Shown piece by piece: positions 49,301 to 62,345 of a stretch of 64,000 nucleotides of DNA. The first letter of the stretch is position 1, and each line of letters opens with the position of its first letter. The DNA lies in assembly GCA_964016885.1 (NCBI GenBank), contig OZ024743.1, forward strand, positions 26,102,001-26,166,000. Reading direction: 5' to 3'. The DNA comes from Eledone cirrhosa. Its lineage: Eukaryota. The position numbers and the translations under genes were made by a program. The notes beneath the pieces were generated by a model. The model was not told the origin of the DNA. It did no database searches and was given only the letters and a program-made list of their open reading frames with translations.

Positions 49301-49780
49301 GATGTGATGGGCAGGGTGATCCACTGGCACCTGTGCAAAGTAAACAATTTACCACATTCTGAGAAATGGTATGAGCATAGGCCAGAGGCGGTGATGGAGA
49401 ACAATCAGGTGAAGGTGCTGTGGGATTTTAGGATACAGACGGACAAAAAACTGGAACACAATAGACCTGACCTGGTGGTTGTGGACAAAGAAAAAAGAAC
49501 GTGTCTGATTGTGGATGTGGCCTGCCCGTTCGACACGAGAGTGCAAGAGAAGGAGAGGGAGAAAATTAAACGATACCAGGACCTAAAGTGGGAGGTGAAA
49601 AGGATTTGGAACTGCCATGAAGTCAAAGTGATCCCGATTGTCATAGGCGCACTGGGGACTATCTCCAAAAGTTTCCAGGGATGGTTAAAGAAAATCGGCC
49701 CCTTCACGCTTTTTGGAACGCTTCAAAAGGCATGCTTGCTTGGAACAGCAAGAACCCTCCGATACGTCCTGAATATCTGA
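46388..49780 (+). CDS. Intact single-ORF non-LTR retrotransposon protein: RT + CCHC zinc knuckle + restriction-like endonuclease (R4/Dong-like)
   Basis: Uninterrupted 1130 aa. RT motifs KSPGPDG, NYRPITCL, WIDYRKAFD, GIFQGDSLSP, HLLFMDDLKL, KYLG. Zinc knuckle CRICGEREETVAHIVSEC, RHD, and RLE HNRPDLVV..VDVACP..EK. No APE domain. A short 3' UTR ends in (AAT/AAC)n. Confidence 0.93.
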   Translation: METRTSCDRLSSNRCPLAQQQEPDCQPNTADVGGRRRRKGARTNWTKELNRTVMQCYLKSNPKERGYRRRMHNIWNEIGLFKLDEQKLAGQARVIRTNGWISELELGELSRENGLEMAGVVCQTSEPAGNEGEEVLRTEEPPEADNDLNTEINNTWNRDTATEEMNADGLGQDSVDILNLVVDELNNDSGRPMNLRFVDRKKLKETTAKVNKVIPYLEARSLHQCNNILKATANTVRKLLGIKARGNNRQERAEPWWKKRLSGQIGEMRNDIGKLESLLNGTLKNIGTKNRLEIKYKTGSKKLNIIIEELKQRIVAKSAKIRRYENRVSQYKQNRMFDNNQKMLFGQLEGKERGNDLIPGAEQAKTFWRGIWEQDVRHNAQAGWIKTVQREIGEQAQQQTDLSITVETLKGQAKKLTNWKSPGPDGVQGYWIKHLTSLHPKLTAMFNDYLVSGEVPEWLTKGTTVLIMKDRIKGNDVTNYRPITCLPVMWKLLTSIVSEEIYHHLHTNNLLPDEQKGCRKKSRGTKDQLLIDKMVMGNCRRRHTDLAMGWIDYRKAFDMVPHSWITKSLEIFRVADNIRQLLGRSMGSWETELTSTGVSLGSVKIKRGIFQGDSLSPLLFVLALMPLTIMLRKVRAGYKLGRGELTINHLLFMDDLKLFGKSEKELDVLVDTVRIFSSDICMQFGIGKCGVIVMRRGRLSRSNGIQIPTGEMIKEIDSEEGYKYLGVLEADGIKNKKMKELLRTEYIRRVRSVLKSHLNSRNAISAVNSRAVSIIRYSAGILRWNVAEQKEMDRKTRKLLTIYNMFHKRRDVDRLYLRRSEGGRGLISIEDCVQMEKNNLYKYVTYSKEPMLRTVLKEGTVGQGMSKEEITSRRKSSLKGKSLHSTFFEKTEFRDPQTWNWLRRGDLKKATEGMLMAAQEQALKTKWLKHHIYKEEASPLCRICGEREETVAHIVSECKHLAQTHYKGWRHDVMGRVIHWHLCKVNNLPHSEKWYEHRPEAVMENNQVKVLWDFRIQTDKKLEHNRPDLVVVDKEKRTCLIVDVACPFDTRVQEKEREKIKRYQDLKWEVKRIWNCHEVKVIPIVIGALGTISKSFQGWLKKIGPFTLFGTLQKACLLGTARTLRYVLNI

Positions 49781-49853
49781 GGCTGCAGGTAGTGGCTTGA
49801 TATTCAATCCAACGGATTTCCAGTTAACCAACATCAATGACTGAGATTCAAGG

Positions 49854-49886
49854 AATAACAATAACAATAATAATAATAATAATGAT

Positions 49887-49917
<31 letters not shown>

Positions 49918-49937
49918 ATAATAATTATTATTATTAT
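49854..49937. repeat. (AAT/AAC)n tract at the LINE 3' end
   Basis: Directly visible; matched by (TAA)n at 44941-44990 upstream of the element. Confidence 0.85.
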
Positions 49938-51276
49938 TTCTACTATAGTTCTGAGTTGAAATCCCGCCGAGGTTAACTTTGCCTTTCATCCTTATGAGGT
50001 CGATAAAATAAAGTACCTGTAATACACTGGGATAATTGCTGGCCTTGTGCCAAAAGTAGAAACAATTATTTCTACTATAGGTGCAAGGCCAGCAATTTGA
50101 GGAGAGGGGAAAGTCGATTTAATCGACCCCAGTGCGTTACTGGTACTTTATTTCATTGACCCCCCCCCCCCGTAAGGATGAAAGACAAAGCTAACCTCGG
50201 CGGGATTTGAACTCAGAACGTAAAGAGCCGTAACTCAATGCATGTATAAAAACGTATAAAAAGTTACAGCAATGTGGCAGACGTATACATACACAATATG
50301 AAATAGTACTGGCGGAATGTCCAGGAACTCTTATAAATATATAAATTAATGCTGACACGCACATACACATAAACACAGGCGCGCGCATGCTATTATATAT
50401 ATATATATACATAGAAATAGCGTGGCTTCTAAACATGTTAGGCTCTGCCGAAAGCATGTTTCTGTTGGTCTATCGGTTTTTGTTTGTTTTTATTAAAAAT
50501 TTATTTTATTAGTCCTTTATGTTTAGTTTATATTAACAACGTACATAAATCAATTCCTGTTTAAATACTATGAGGATCTATAGACACTGATGCATCTAGG
50601 CAGGTTATTGATCCAAACTAAATGTAAAGGAAATATGAAAATCATTAATAAAAATATTTAAAAAAACTAATTGGTATGTATGTATATATGTAAGTATGTA
50701 TGTATGTATGTATGTATGTATGTATATAAGTTATGTTAAGTCACTCTTGAGTGCTACTGGTAACATGTAACACAGTACAACCTGTCGCATCGTCAGGACG
50801 TCGGCGACTAAACCGGCAACCCCACCAAGTTTACTTGGTGAGGAGGGTGATTTTCGACACCCTGCAGGACAGAAAACAAAACCTGGTAAAGGGCGGACGA
50901 ACTCATAAAAGTCAACGGCCATCCGAAAGTGTGTAAATATGTATATACACATGTACCGCGCGGTTAAACAACTGGGAGTGAAGGACCCCTAGCCTTTGTC
51001 AGGGCATTCTTCTAGGAGAAGGCAACTCAGGAAACTGGGATAACTCCGATATAAAACCTGCGGCTCAGTAGTTGCCGATGATGTTGATCTTTTCTTCTTT
51101 TCGGGTTATAGCTACTGTCGCTCAGAGAGTGGGATTGGCTCAGTGCACAGTCTTTCCTCACTTTAAAAATATATTCATGCACAGGCATTGCACGATAGAA
51201 GTAATTAATAATTATTAATAATGGTATATCATGAAATGGCCATACTCGATAATGAGGGGGCAGCCATCATATATGT

Positions 51277-51329
<53 letters not shown>

Positions 51330-51861
51330 AGTATGTATGTATGTGTGTATGTGTGTATGTGTGTATATATGTAAGTATATATGTATGTATCTATGTAAGT
51401 ATGTATGTGTGTATGTATGTATGTATGTAAGTATGTATGTATGTGTGTATGTGTGTATGTGTGTATGTATGTATGTATGGACGGACGGATCGATGGATAA
51501 GTAGATGTATGGGTGGATGAATGGATCAATGGACAGATGTATGTATGTGTGTATTAACGTATGTCTGTATGTATGTATGCATGTATTATGTATCTGTGTA
51601 TGTATGTATATATGTATGTATATATGTATGTATGTATATATGGATGTATGTAAGTGTGTTTTGGTTTCATTTGGCAGTATCGGTAGAGGGTCAGACGCCA
51701 TGCTTTCCAACATAGTTACGTCCCTTTGCAGTCTGAGTTCAAATCCCACCGGGGTTAACTTTGCCTTTCATCCTTACGGGGTCGATAAAATAAAGTACCA
51801 GTAATGTACTGGGTTATTGATGGCCTTGTGCCAAAAGTAGAAACAATTATTTTATAATGGA

Positions 51862-52500
51862 CTAGCAGTAAAGCCCGGCGTTGCTCGGGGTCGCTCAGTA
51901 GCTGTGTTAAAGTTACAATGTTAAGTTTCTTTTTTGGCTTAAAGTCTGTCTGCACGACTGTCTGTCTGCACGCCTAACGAAATTTACAGATACATATATT
52001 TTAAATAAACTTATAGAATTTTTGCTTTTTTTTACGAAATATTTGCTTGTTTTACGTAGTCTTTAAATAGACTTGTTTTCAAGTAAAAATATTGTTTTAA
52101 AAGGCTTTTAAATGGAAATGAAGCAAAACGGAAGCTTAGTGTTCGAACTGATGAATTTTGCAGGTCAAAATTTTGCTGGCTCGACAACTGTTCGTGTATT
52201 GTGTTAATGTCATTTTAAACGCTGAGAAAGCCAGCGTAATTTTTTTAATTTTTGCACGCAGACGCTCAATGTAAACAGAACAAAGGGAAATAACTGATCA
52301 CTTACGCTCAAAAATCGATACATTATATTCGATTTCGTCAGATAGGGCGGGTCAATTTGAAATATTTTTTTTCCGATGTCTTCGCTAGGGATCAATGTAC
52401 AAGTATAGCAATTTCGGTGCAATTCCGTGAGAGATTCTAAGAGGAGATGTGTGCCAAAAATCGATAGACAGACAGACAACCTCAGTTTTATATATATAGA
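51862..52500 (-). mobile_element. Non-autonomous Helitron
   Basis: The minus strand starts TCTATATATA and ends with the hairpin CCCGAGCAACGCCGGG followed by CTAG. Inserted between A and T, with no TSD and internal (GTCT)n. Confidence 0.75.
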
Positions 52501-52501
52501 T

Positions 52502-53130
52502 TGGCAGTATCGGTAGAGGGTCGGACGCCATGCTTTGTAGCACAGTTACGTCCCTTTACGGACTGAGTTCAAATCCCGCCGAGGTTAACTTTGCCTTTCA
52601 TCCTTACGGGGGTCGATAAAATAAAGTACCAGTAATACACTGGATTAATTGCTGGCCTTGTGCCAAAAAGTAGAAACAATTATTTTATAAATTTTTTTTT
52701 AGTTCAAATCCCGCCGAGGTTAACTTTGCCTTTCATCCTTCTGGGGTCGATAAAATAAAGTACCAGTCACGCACTGGGGTGGATTTAATCGACTTTCCCT
52801 TCCCCACCAAATTACTGACCTTGTGCCTATATAAATAAAACATTATTTTATAAATTTCTTTTTAGTTCAAATCCCGCCGAGGTTAACTTTGCCTTTCATC
52901 CTTCTGGGGTCGATAAAATAAAGTACCAGTCACGCACTGGGGTGGATTTAATCGACTTTCCCTTCCCCACCAAATTACTGACCTTGTGCCTATATAAATA
53001 AAACATTATTTTATAAATTTCTTTTTAGTTCAAATCCCGCCGAGGTTAACTTTGCCTTTCATCCTTCTGGGGTCGATAAAATAAAGTACCAGTAATGTAC
53101 TGGTTAATTGCTGGCCTTGTGCCAAACGTA
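52502..53130 (+). mobile_element. SINE cluster with a 163-bp tandem repeat (starts 52701, 52864, 53027)
   Basis: A full SINE followed by repeated B-box-to-tail segments. Confidence 0.85.
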
Positions 53131-56100
53131 GAGTTTTACTAATAGAGAGGGGCCGGTTTCTAATATAAACACAAAACTCTTTCATTGGAATTGAGACATC
53201 AACTAGGTAAATATGTCTGCATGTCTGCATGCCTGCGTGTGTATGTGTGTGTGTGTGCAGGTATGGATGTTATTGTATGTGTGGATGTTCTTTGATTTGT
53301 GTATGCACATGCATACGTTTTGTATTTATCTATATGTATGTATGTCTATATATATATGTATGTATGGTTTGGTGTCCGAGCGCGGTTAGCCCACCGGGTG
53401 TGAGAGACCCCTAATTCTTATTAGGACGTAATTCTAGGAGAAGGAAAACTCTAATGTAAAACTTGCGATTCGATGGCATCCAATCATGTTGACCGGCTCT
53501 TCTTTATGCACACCTGTCACCGTAGTTCAGAGAGTGCGAATGATCCAGTGCAAGGCCTTCCTTCACAAAAAAAGCTTCAAGCACGAGCATCCCTTGATCT
53601 AAACGTCTTTCTCTGCAGCAAATGCAGAAAGGAATCTAGGTCCTTGGAAGGGCTAAAACGTCATGGAGAGATCTATAGCAGTGGTCTGTAGCATGTTGCT
53701 ACAGTATGCATATCTACGCTTCATTGCATATGTAACAACGATCTCCTGATGCATACAAATGCTTGTGCGAGACTGTAAACTATTCGATAACTAAAGCTGT
53801 TAAATCCCAAATCAATGGGACAAAAAACAAAGAAATGATGTATGAGAGAATAGATCTTGCGAAATTGAAAAGATTGCTACCAACAACCATATCTACATGT
53901 AATGGCATAATCAATGTTCACATTCTATAATGAAACTTATTAACTGTTCTTTCTGAATCATCCACCATCCTTGTCGTATCATGTCATTTTCCCAATCATC
54001 CTCTGTTCCAACCTGTTATGCCTAACTTCTATCAAGTAGCAGATCAATAATCATATAGAATCAATGAATTACTTTTCGTGAATCTGAGGAACGATAATGA
54101 CCACGATGTATTAAATCTAGTGAATTTGGAATTATTTGCTACAGAATAGAATAGAAAGAAGACTTCCCAGATAATCCAAGAAATATGAGCTTCAAATAAG
54201 TCGCTCTTTTAGTCGCAGCTGGGTAAGAGGAGAGATTTGTATCATCATCAGTATTAGACTGCGCCCAAGACGATAATATGTAAATATCAAATGATCTAAA
54301 GTTACCATGATCATTTGACTGAAGTAGTAGGCGGCCATAATCCTCCTCCAGCAATCCTATCGTAGGTTTTATAATCAGTTGTGAACCCGTGGTCTGGTGG
54401 TCAGTCCTGGTCATCGGTGAGATTTGAATTTCTATGCAGAATTTAAACGCAGAACGCAATATGCTGAAACATACGACAAGACATGTCGTCCGATGTTCTA
54501 ACAACTCCGTCAATCTATCACCATGGACTGACACTATATTTTCTTGACACCGAAAAAGCAGATATATAATACATATTATGAGTAAATCACAAGTATTTTT
54601 TCAAATACAAATAAAATGAAATTATTGAAACAAATCTATTTTTGTAACAAGAGAAATAACCCAATAACCTTTTCTGTCTAATGCTAACGGCTTTAAACAA
54701 TACATTAAAATAACAGACTGGCCTATGATACAAATACTATGGAGGGATAATTAAATGTCATTTGCACATGGGTGACTTCAAGTTGCACACAGAAGATAGT
54801 AAACAATTAGACATAGTGTTGCGATCAGCACGCGGATTTCATAAAGGAATTGGTTTGAAATGTGGATGAGACGACCTTGAATAGAGGAAGAAATGTGCTC
54901 ATGCTAGATACAGAATTAGGGATAAGATAATTATACCAAACAGAGTCTTGGGGTTCAGGGAACTAGACATAATTCAAAACATAAATGAAAAGAAAAAGGG
55001 TCGAAAAGAATATAACAAATGCATTAGATTAATCCTTAAAACAGAGCAGCATGCAAAAACAGAAATATGTTAATAGGCATTAATAATCTCATTGTCTCAG
55101 TAATATTCCATGGTTATGATATTCTCAACTTGATACAAATTGAATAAGCAAGACTAGATAAAAAGAAAATCAAGAAAAATAATGACTACATTCAGAATGC
55201 AGCATAAAAAATCTTACATACAAAGATTATATTTACTACAAGTACAGCGATGGACGAGCCTTATACAACTAGTAAACTGTTATGAAATATACACTGTAGT
55301 ACAACAAAAATATCTCGTCAAGTATAATTCACAACATGCTTTCAGTCTTCGATACAAAACTGAGGCTGAGGTAACAAGACAAATTGTGTGAAGGTTTAAT
55401 ATTAATATTTAACCAGAATGTAATGCTAACTCGATAGCAAGAGACGCTCCGATATGTTCAATGCATGAAAAATGAACAAGTTGGAAATAGATGAAGAAAT
55501 ATTGCAGCATTTGCTGAGGAAACGTAGGACTCAGAGCTGAGAATAAAGGAGTCTTGATTGCGGCTCAGGATCAAAACCTTCCCATCAGAAACCACGAAAC
55601 ATGTGTAATAAAGTAACTGTCGAATAAGAGGACGTTTGAAAGAAAGAACTAACCACATTTGGGGGAAAATACCAACAGAAAAGAACAGGTAAAAATATAC
55701 ACCAAAAACAAAAACAGGCCCCAGGGAATAACAATGTGACCATAATGTAGGATATGCCAGCCAACACACAGAGATCGGTGCTAATCAGTTGGGCGAATAT
55801 TGTTTATATGTGCAAGTTCACTAAGTATAGTTGCTTCTGTTATCAATGCATTGATTGACTGTAGGATATTAGAATATTTACAATGGCCTTGACACATCAT
55901 TAAACACTGTTTATATTCGTTTCGTTCGTTCACCGTATTTTTGTCTCATTCTCGTTAGATAAAGTTTTCGTTGTGTTCTTTGCTGATGAAAATAAACAAA
56001 CACTAACTCGTGATAACAGAAGAAGCTAGAAACCGAGTTTTATATTTATATAATGCTGAAAACGTGACAAATGACGGTAGTTATATGAATAATGGTAGTT

Positions 56101-57039
56101 AGGGGTTTAGTTTCGATATCATAGTAATATTATTGCTACCAATAAACTTAATAAAAGTGTTAATATTGTAGATATAGCTGCGTAGTTAAGACACCCACCA
56201 ATGAACTAAGTTAATCACACGATTAGGGGAATAAATAGCCCAACCCACACTTGTCCAGTGTGATCAGCTAAGCCTAAAACTAGCTTAGTCGTTGAGGCCT
56301 CATCTTGCAATGGTTCTGGCTGGGTGGAACAACTGTGTGTGAATGTATTCAAGCGATCCTTTACGCAACGATCAGAGCCGAGTAAATTTGACAACTAAAA
56401 GATCAAAACAGTTACCATTTGATTTAGGATTTGCGTGTTTTTTGTCGGTTGATAGTTTTGAGAAGAAATGAAACTGAAAATAGCTTTCGGGGGATTCAGT
56501 GTGAGACAGTGTGTGACTAGGCATAATGTGCAGGTGAATGACATCTAAACAGCTTTTCTACCACAAACTGGAAATAGGAAAGCATTCGAAAAGTAAGCTC
56601 AGTGGATTATACAAGGACTACATAAAACATTAAAAAACTAGGGATAGATATGAGTGACTGGGAAGAGCTGGAGGAGAAAATCCAGACTAAATGGGTCGTG
56701 TTATTTCAAATATGCCTGATAATTTAAAGTGCTAGAAGTGTGATACCAGTGAATATGTTCTTTTGAAAGCAGGTTAAATTAATCACATGAAATAGCACAA
56801 AATTCTGAGAAACAATTCACGGATATCTTCTCTTATACAAATGATAATTTTTTAATCGAAATTCCGAAAACCTCCAAAATCTGTAAGTTTTTTAAGTAAG
56901 AGTTAGCGCCATAAAAAAAAACTCGCTGAAAATATACAGGTGTTGCCAACCACACGTCGTGCTACCAGCTGTTGGAAGGGATGGCACCCCCCCCCCCTGG
57001 ACAGATATTGTACAGCTGATATGTTAACGCCAATTTATC

Positions 57040-57800
57040 ACCACTTGTGATCTACTTATGAGTTAAAAATAACGAACAGATTTGTAGATATCTCTATAAA
57101 TAACCGTGTATATTTATTGACACCATAGATAGTGAAGCAGCTGGGAAAACTTGTCAGCTTTGACCAGAGATTTTGGCGTTGGAACAACTGCTACATATGA
57201 TCTTAAGAACCAGAAGGAAAACATGCTGAAAATAGTGCACAAAATTTAATGAAAAATAAAAAAAAAACATTGAATAAAGCAAACATGAAGAACTTGATCG
57301 AGTGTTGATAGAACGGGTTCTTCGGCGTCGTGGTATGAACTGGTTATCATGAAAGAAACACAAATCTATCATAACGAACTGAATACTGAATATAATCGAA
57401 CATTCACAAGGCTGGCTGCAGATTAAATATTTAAAGATTTGTGATGATAAGATGTCTGCTGATTATACAACAACCGAGAAATTCACGAATGAAATGATCG
57501 TTGATAAAATGTTAACAGCAAAGCAAGTGTTTAATGTTGGCGAAACATCATTGTTCTGGCGTTATTGACCCAGGAAAACATTTGTTATATCTAATGAGAG
57601 TTCGTCTTCGGGTGTTAAGTATGCCAAGGACAGATTAACGGTGCTAGGATGTGCTAAGATATCCATATGTATATCACCTGCTGTGGTAGACAAAAACCTG
57701 CATATTTACTGGTTTAAAGGTATGAATATGTTGCGGGTGCATTTTTATGTTCACAAAAGGCTTAAATCAGCAAAGATATTATTTTTTTCTGATTGGTTTC
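57040..57800 (+). pseudogene. Tigger/pogo (Jerky-like) DDE transposase remnant
   Basis: Disrupted fragments ELDRVLIE, QIYHNELN, HSQGWL, LKICDDKMSAD, QVFNVGETSLFWRY*PRKT and KYAKDRLTVLGCA. Confidence 0.8.
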
Positions 57801-58107
57801 ACGTGGCACTGTATAAAATCAGACAGAATTCTATAACAAAATCCTGTTAATAAAGAAAATGCCACTTGAAGAATTCTTTTATAAAACAGCATTCAGTTGT
57901 AGCAGAAGCAGGGGCGGGTAACTGTCCACGATCATCGTTTCTGATACTGGTCGTTATCAAGACAACGTTCCCTCACCCTGCTCTCGGGAACAGGGTGAGG
58001 GAGCGCTAAAGGCTTTCAAATGTTTGTTCGTAAACATACCGTATATCGCTAGATATGCAAAATACACATACTTATATGTATACAACTATGTTAGAGCGAA
58101 CACTTTA

Positions 58108-58213
<106 letters not shown>

Positions 58214-58963
58214 GGAGTAAAGATGGATAATGAGCTTAGATTGCGGACCCATCTTCAAGATGTAAACAATGCAATGATTCAGAAACATGAAGCATTTACA
58301 GTCCCAAGCATTTCAAATAAAAGATTATCAACTGTATTACTTTGAAATGACCTGCTTCTCAAATTAATGTTTTGTTGGATCATATGATCCCAAAATAACT
58401 CTGTTGTGTGTTTAACATGTTTCGGTATTCATCCGAGTATTCTGCGAAACCCCTCTCTCCCCATCTCTCTCTCTCTCTCGCTCTCTTTCCATCTCTCTCA
58501 CTCTCTCTCTTTCTCTCTCTCTCTCTGTCTCTTTCCATCTCTCTATCTCTCTCTTTCCATCTCTCTCACTCTATCTATCTATCTATCTATTATCTACCTA
58601 TCTACCTATCTCTCTGCTCGTTGTGTCTGTCATTTTGTATGATTTAACGCCCAAACCAAAGGAAAATACTTTTGTTAACTTTTGTGTAGTCTCCATCTCT
58701 TCCACCTATTTTACTTCTTCCTCTTGGCTAATCAATATATTGGATCCCAAATATCTCTATATATATATATTGGACATCAGTTGCAGTACATGAGTTATTA
58801 ACCGTCATTTGAAAGACTATCGTCTTGTCTTTTGTCCATTTCGTACTGTCCCTTGTGTACTAGAGCCAGTTGGATCGATCTTAAATTACTGAAACAATAT
58901 ATCTCTAGTGATCGACTGACGAAACAGGAGTGTCTATGTTTTGTTCGTTTCCCTGTCTTCGCC

Positions 58964-59035
<72 letters not shown>

Positions 59036-59489
59036 AATTCCCGGTTCATTGAAACCAATGGTAGTTGCACTAAATGAATACAACCATGAAAATTCCATTG
59101 TCTTTTATAATATTTCCACCATTCTCTGTTCACTGCGTATGTGTGGGTACGTATGTATATGTGTGTTGTATGTTTGTAACTCAGGAAACTGGAATAACTC
59201 TGACATAAAACCTGCGGCTCAGTAGTTACCGATGATGTTGATCTTTTCTTCTTTTCGAGTTATAGCTACTGTCGCTCAGAGAGTGAGACTATGCTCAGCG
59301 CACAGTCTTTCCACATTTTTCAAAAAAAATCTTCACGCACAAGCATTGCGCGATAGCATTAATTGAGAATTATTAATAATGTTATATCGTGCAATGACCA
59401 TACTCGATAACGAGGGGGTAGCCATCATGTACGTATGTATGTGTGTGTGTGTGTGTTTGTGTATGTATGTACGTATGTATGTATGTATG

Positions 59490-59898
59490 TCCGGGAGAAA
59501 TGGCCCCTTAGCCTTTGTCAAGGCAGAATTCTAGGAGAAGGAAAACTCTGATATAACACCTGCAACCCTGATGGTATCCAATGATGTTGACTTGTTCTTC
59601 TTTTTGGTAAATATCATCTTGGTTAAGAGAGTGGGACTGGCTTTGTGCAGTGCCTTTGCTCACTATAAAAGCTTCACGGCACAGGCATTGCTTTATATCT
59701 GGAGACCTCTCTGCACTTGTCGTCACATGGTACCATGGGCCCAGCACTATGTGTCAATAATTGTCACAAGTGTAGTGTTTGTAGCAGAGTTTTCAAGTCG
59801 CTGGCTGGACAAAAGAGTCGCACTCGTTCAGCGCATCGGTAGGGGTTCTCCTACATGGATATAAAGTAGTGGCCGTACTCGAAAACGAGTTGGCAGCC
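59490..59898 (+). mobile_element. Second copy of the ~430-bp (TATG)n-tailed element
   Basis: Near-identical reverse complement of 2350-2760; (TATG)n on both sides. Confidence 0.8.
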
Positions 59899-60353
59899 TG
59901 TATGTATGTATGTATGTATGTATGTATGTGCGTGAGCGTGTGTATACGGGTTTCTACTCTCAGCAAGTCCGATGATTGTAGTTGATGGATGTAAGTTTGT
60001 TAATTAAAAAAGGTCGGATGTGTAATTGCCGTCGTGACTTAATTTAAGAAAATCTATTGTAGCTCTGTGAACCTTTATTAATCACAGTTCAATGTGTCAC
60101 TTGGCTAATACACTCTTCGAAATATGACGTATTATAATATACATAAAGTTGTACTCTGTTATAAAATATACAGACATTGCCCATTCGTGGTGAATTATAT
60201 CATATAAAGGCAAGGACCATTCGTGCTGCATTATAAACCATAAAGTTTACCTCTGATAATACGTTATCTAAAAACATTAGGCATGTTACGTTGGTGTTAT
60301 ACACGAACTTGAGCATAATTTTCTTGCTATTTCTCAGATGACTTGAAACTCTG

Positions 60354-60426
<73 letters not shown>

Positions 60427-60483
60427 TTATTTATTATAAAATAACAGGTGGCTGGACTGGTGTAATTCCTTAAAAGGTGTATT

Positions 60484-60541
60484 ATACTATGATCATTTCA
60501 ATGACCGGGTTCAGTGTGAATCCGGTGACTACATCAGGTAT
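60484..60541 (-). ncRNA. Degenerate hammerhead-like motif next to (TA)n
   Basis: ATAC-CTGATGT-[ACCGG..CCGGT stem]-GAAAT-GATC-ATA-GTAT. Helix III is palindromic (ATGATCAT), but core A9 is replaced by U. Confidence 0.45.
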
Positions 60542-62039
60542 TCGAAATATAACAAAGGAATATAATAGACAAAATCCATGGAGCTGAAAATCAGAGACAT
60601 GAAGGCGACCGAACATTTAGCAGCTTCTACCCCGGTCGGCCGCAAACCTAAATAAATATATATATAATTATATATATTATATATATATATGTATATTTAT
60701 ATATAACTATCGGATAGGGTGATGTGTTGTTTCCTTGAGCAAGACACCTTATTTCACGTTGCTCCAGTTTACTCAGCTGTAGAAATGAGATGATAGGACT
60801 GGGGTCCCTATCATTAAATTACCCAAGATACCTCCAACGAGATATACCTTGCAGGAGGGCAGCTAAACCTGCATAGGTCACGGGCACATACACACACACA
60901 CATATATAATATATATATATATAGCACTCTCGGAACTTATATATATATATATGTATATGTATATATGAAGAAAGAAAGGAAGGAAGAAAGAAAATTTCCA
61001 TGGATTTGTAAAACTTCCGACACTGACGGAGGAAATTGAAGAAAGAAACTATAACTGGTGGGTTGCTTCTATATAAAGCAGTGGACCTATCTTCATACGG
61101 ACCATATAGTCGTAATACAACAGATTGAAATCACCCATTAGCCGAGTGGTTGTCGATAGATTAAACCACTATAATGTATAAGTTAATACTCTAAGACTTG
61201 AATGTAAACATATAAATTACTGGTTCTTCTCCAATCTCTTTAATCTGAGTTGATAAGTGAACGAATGTTCTGTACTGAATCAGCTGCTCTATGATTTTGT
61301 TGGAAATGAAAGAAGTTTGCGCAAAACTGGCCCCACTCTCAGACTCAGATTACATTGCTCGTATTAGTACTCATGTGTGTAGGGCCAGCGCTAGTGTTAA
61401 GGCCAACTAGGCTGCCGCTTAGAGCGCAAACCCGGGAGAGGCGTATTACTGAATCTATATATTATTAAATATATAGTTTCCTGCGATCAATAAATAAATC
61501 GCTAAATATCTTTGCCCTCTAGAAGTGTTGTGGAAAGTGATGGAGAGAGTTGTATGGGGTTATGACCTGTCACATGATTTGGCGTGGGTGCGTGCTGATT
61601 GTGTAGTGGAAAATGTAGGCTTAGTAATTTTCTTCGTGTAGTCAGAGCAAGAAGTGTCAAACTCTAAGCTTTGGGCTTGCCAGACTGAAATTATTTTGTT
61701 TGGGAGAATGAAGTGCGTAATTGGAAGAATGGTGTGTACATTATAGAGCCAGCATGTGGCACTCAATACTGAAGCATTGATTCTAAAGATGTACAACATG
61801 TAGGTGCAGAGAAATAAGAGAAACCGTCTTTTAGTCTTCTGCCTAGCCAAGAGCTTCAGAAAATGCTGAATGTATAACGCAGTGGGAAGACAAACTGCTT
61901 GGCCAGGGTTGCTGTTGCTGTTGTTGTTGCAGTTAAGTTTTAATTAAGAGCAAACATGAATAATAACAAAAATCATTTTTGCCTTGACCATCCTGTATGT
62001 TAGCATATCAACTTCAATGTCCAATATGATCTTTTCTAC

Positions 62040-62345
62040 GCGTGGTTTAGTAATTAGAGTATTCGGTTCACGATGATAATGTTGTGAGTTCAATTCCCGG
62101 AGGCACGTTGTGTCCTTAAAAAAGATATCTAATTTCACATTTCTCCAGTTCATTCACCTGACAAAAATTTATTGTAACTGTGATTCAAAGGGCCAGACTT
62201 GTCACACACTATGTCACGCTGAATCTCCCTGAGAACTGTCTAAAGTGTAAAAACGCCTATAGAATGTTCATCTACTTTCACTTTAATTTCACCAACAGGT
62301 TGTTTCCTTGTTCTGGAGCACTCATCGTCGGAACTGATGGAAGCT
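62040..62345 (+). mobile_element. Older tRNA-derived SINE of a second family
   Basis: A-box GTGGTTTAGTAATTAG, B-box GAGTTCAATTCC and core GTTGTGTCCTT..ATTTCAC, shared with 60715-60810. Confidence 0.55.

Noticed and set aside
46418-49915. Minus-strand ORFs overlapping the LINE
   Set aside because: They are antisense shadows of the RT ORF.
53860-56700. Possible very old LINE remnants
   Set aside because: Only faint, disrupted motifs; boundaries and clade cannot be supported.
61380-61910. Possible second degenerate Penelope GIY-YIG fragment (minus strand)
   Set aside because: Similarity is too weak and no adjacent hammerhead was found.
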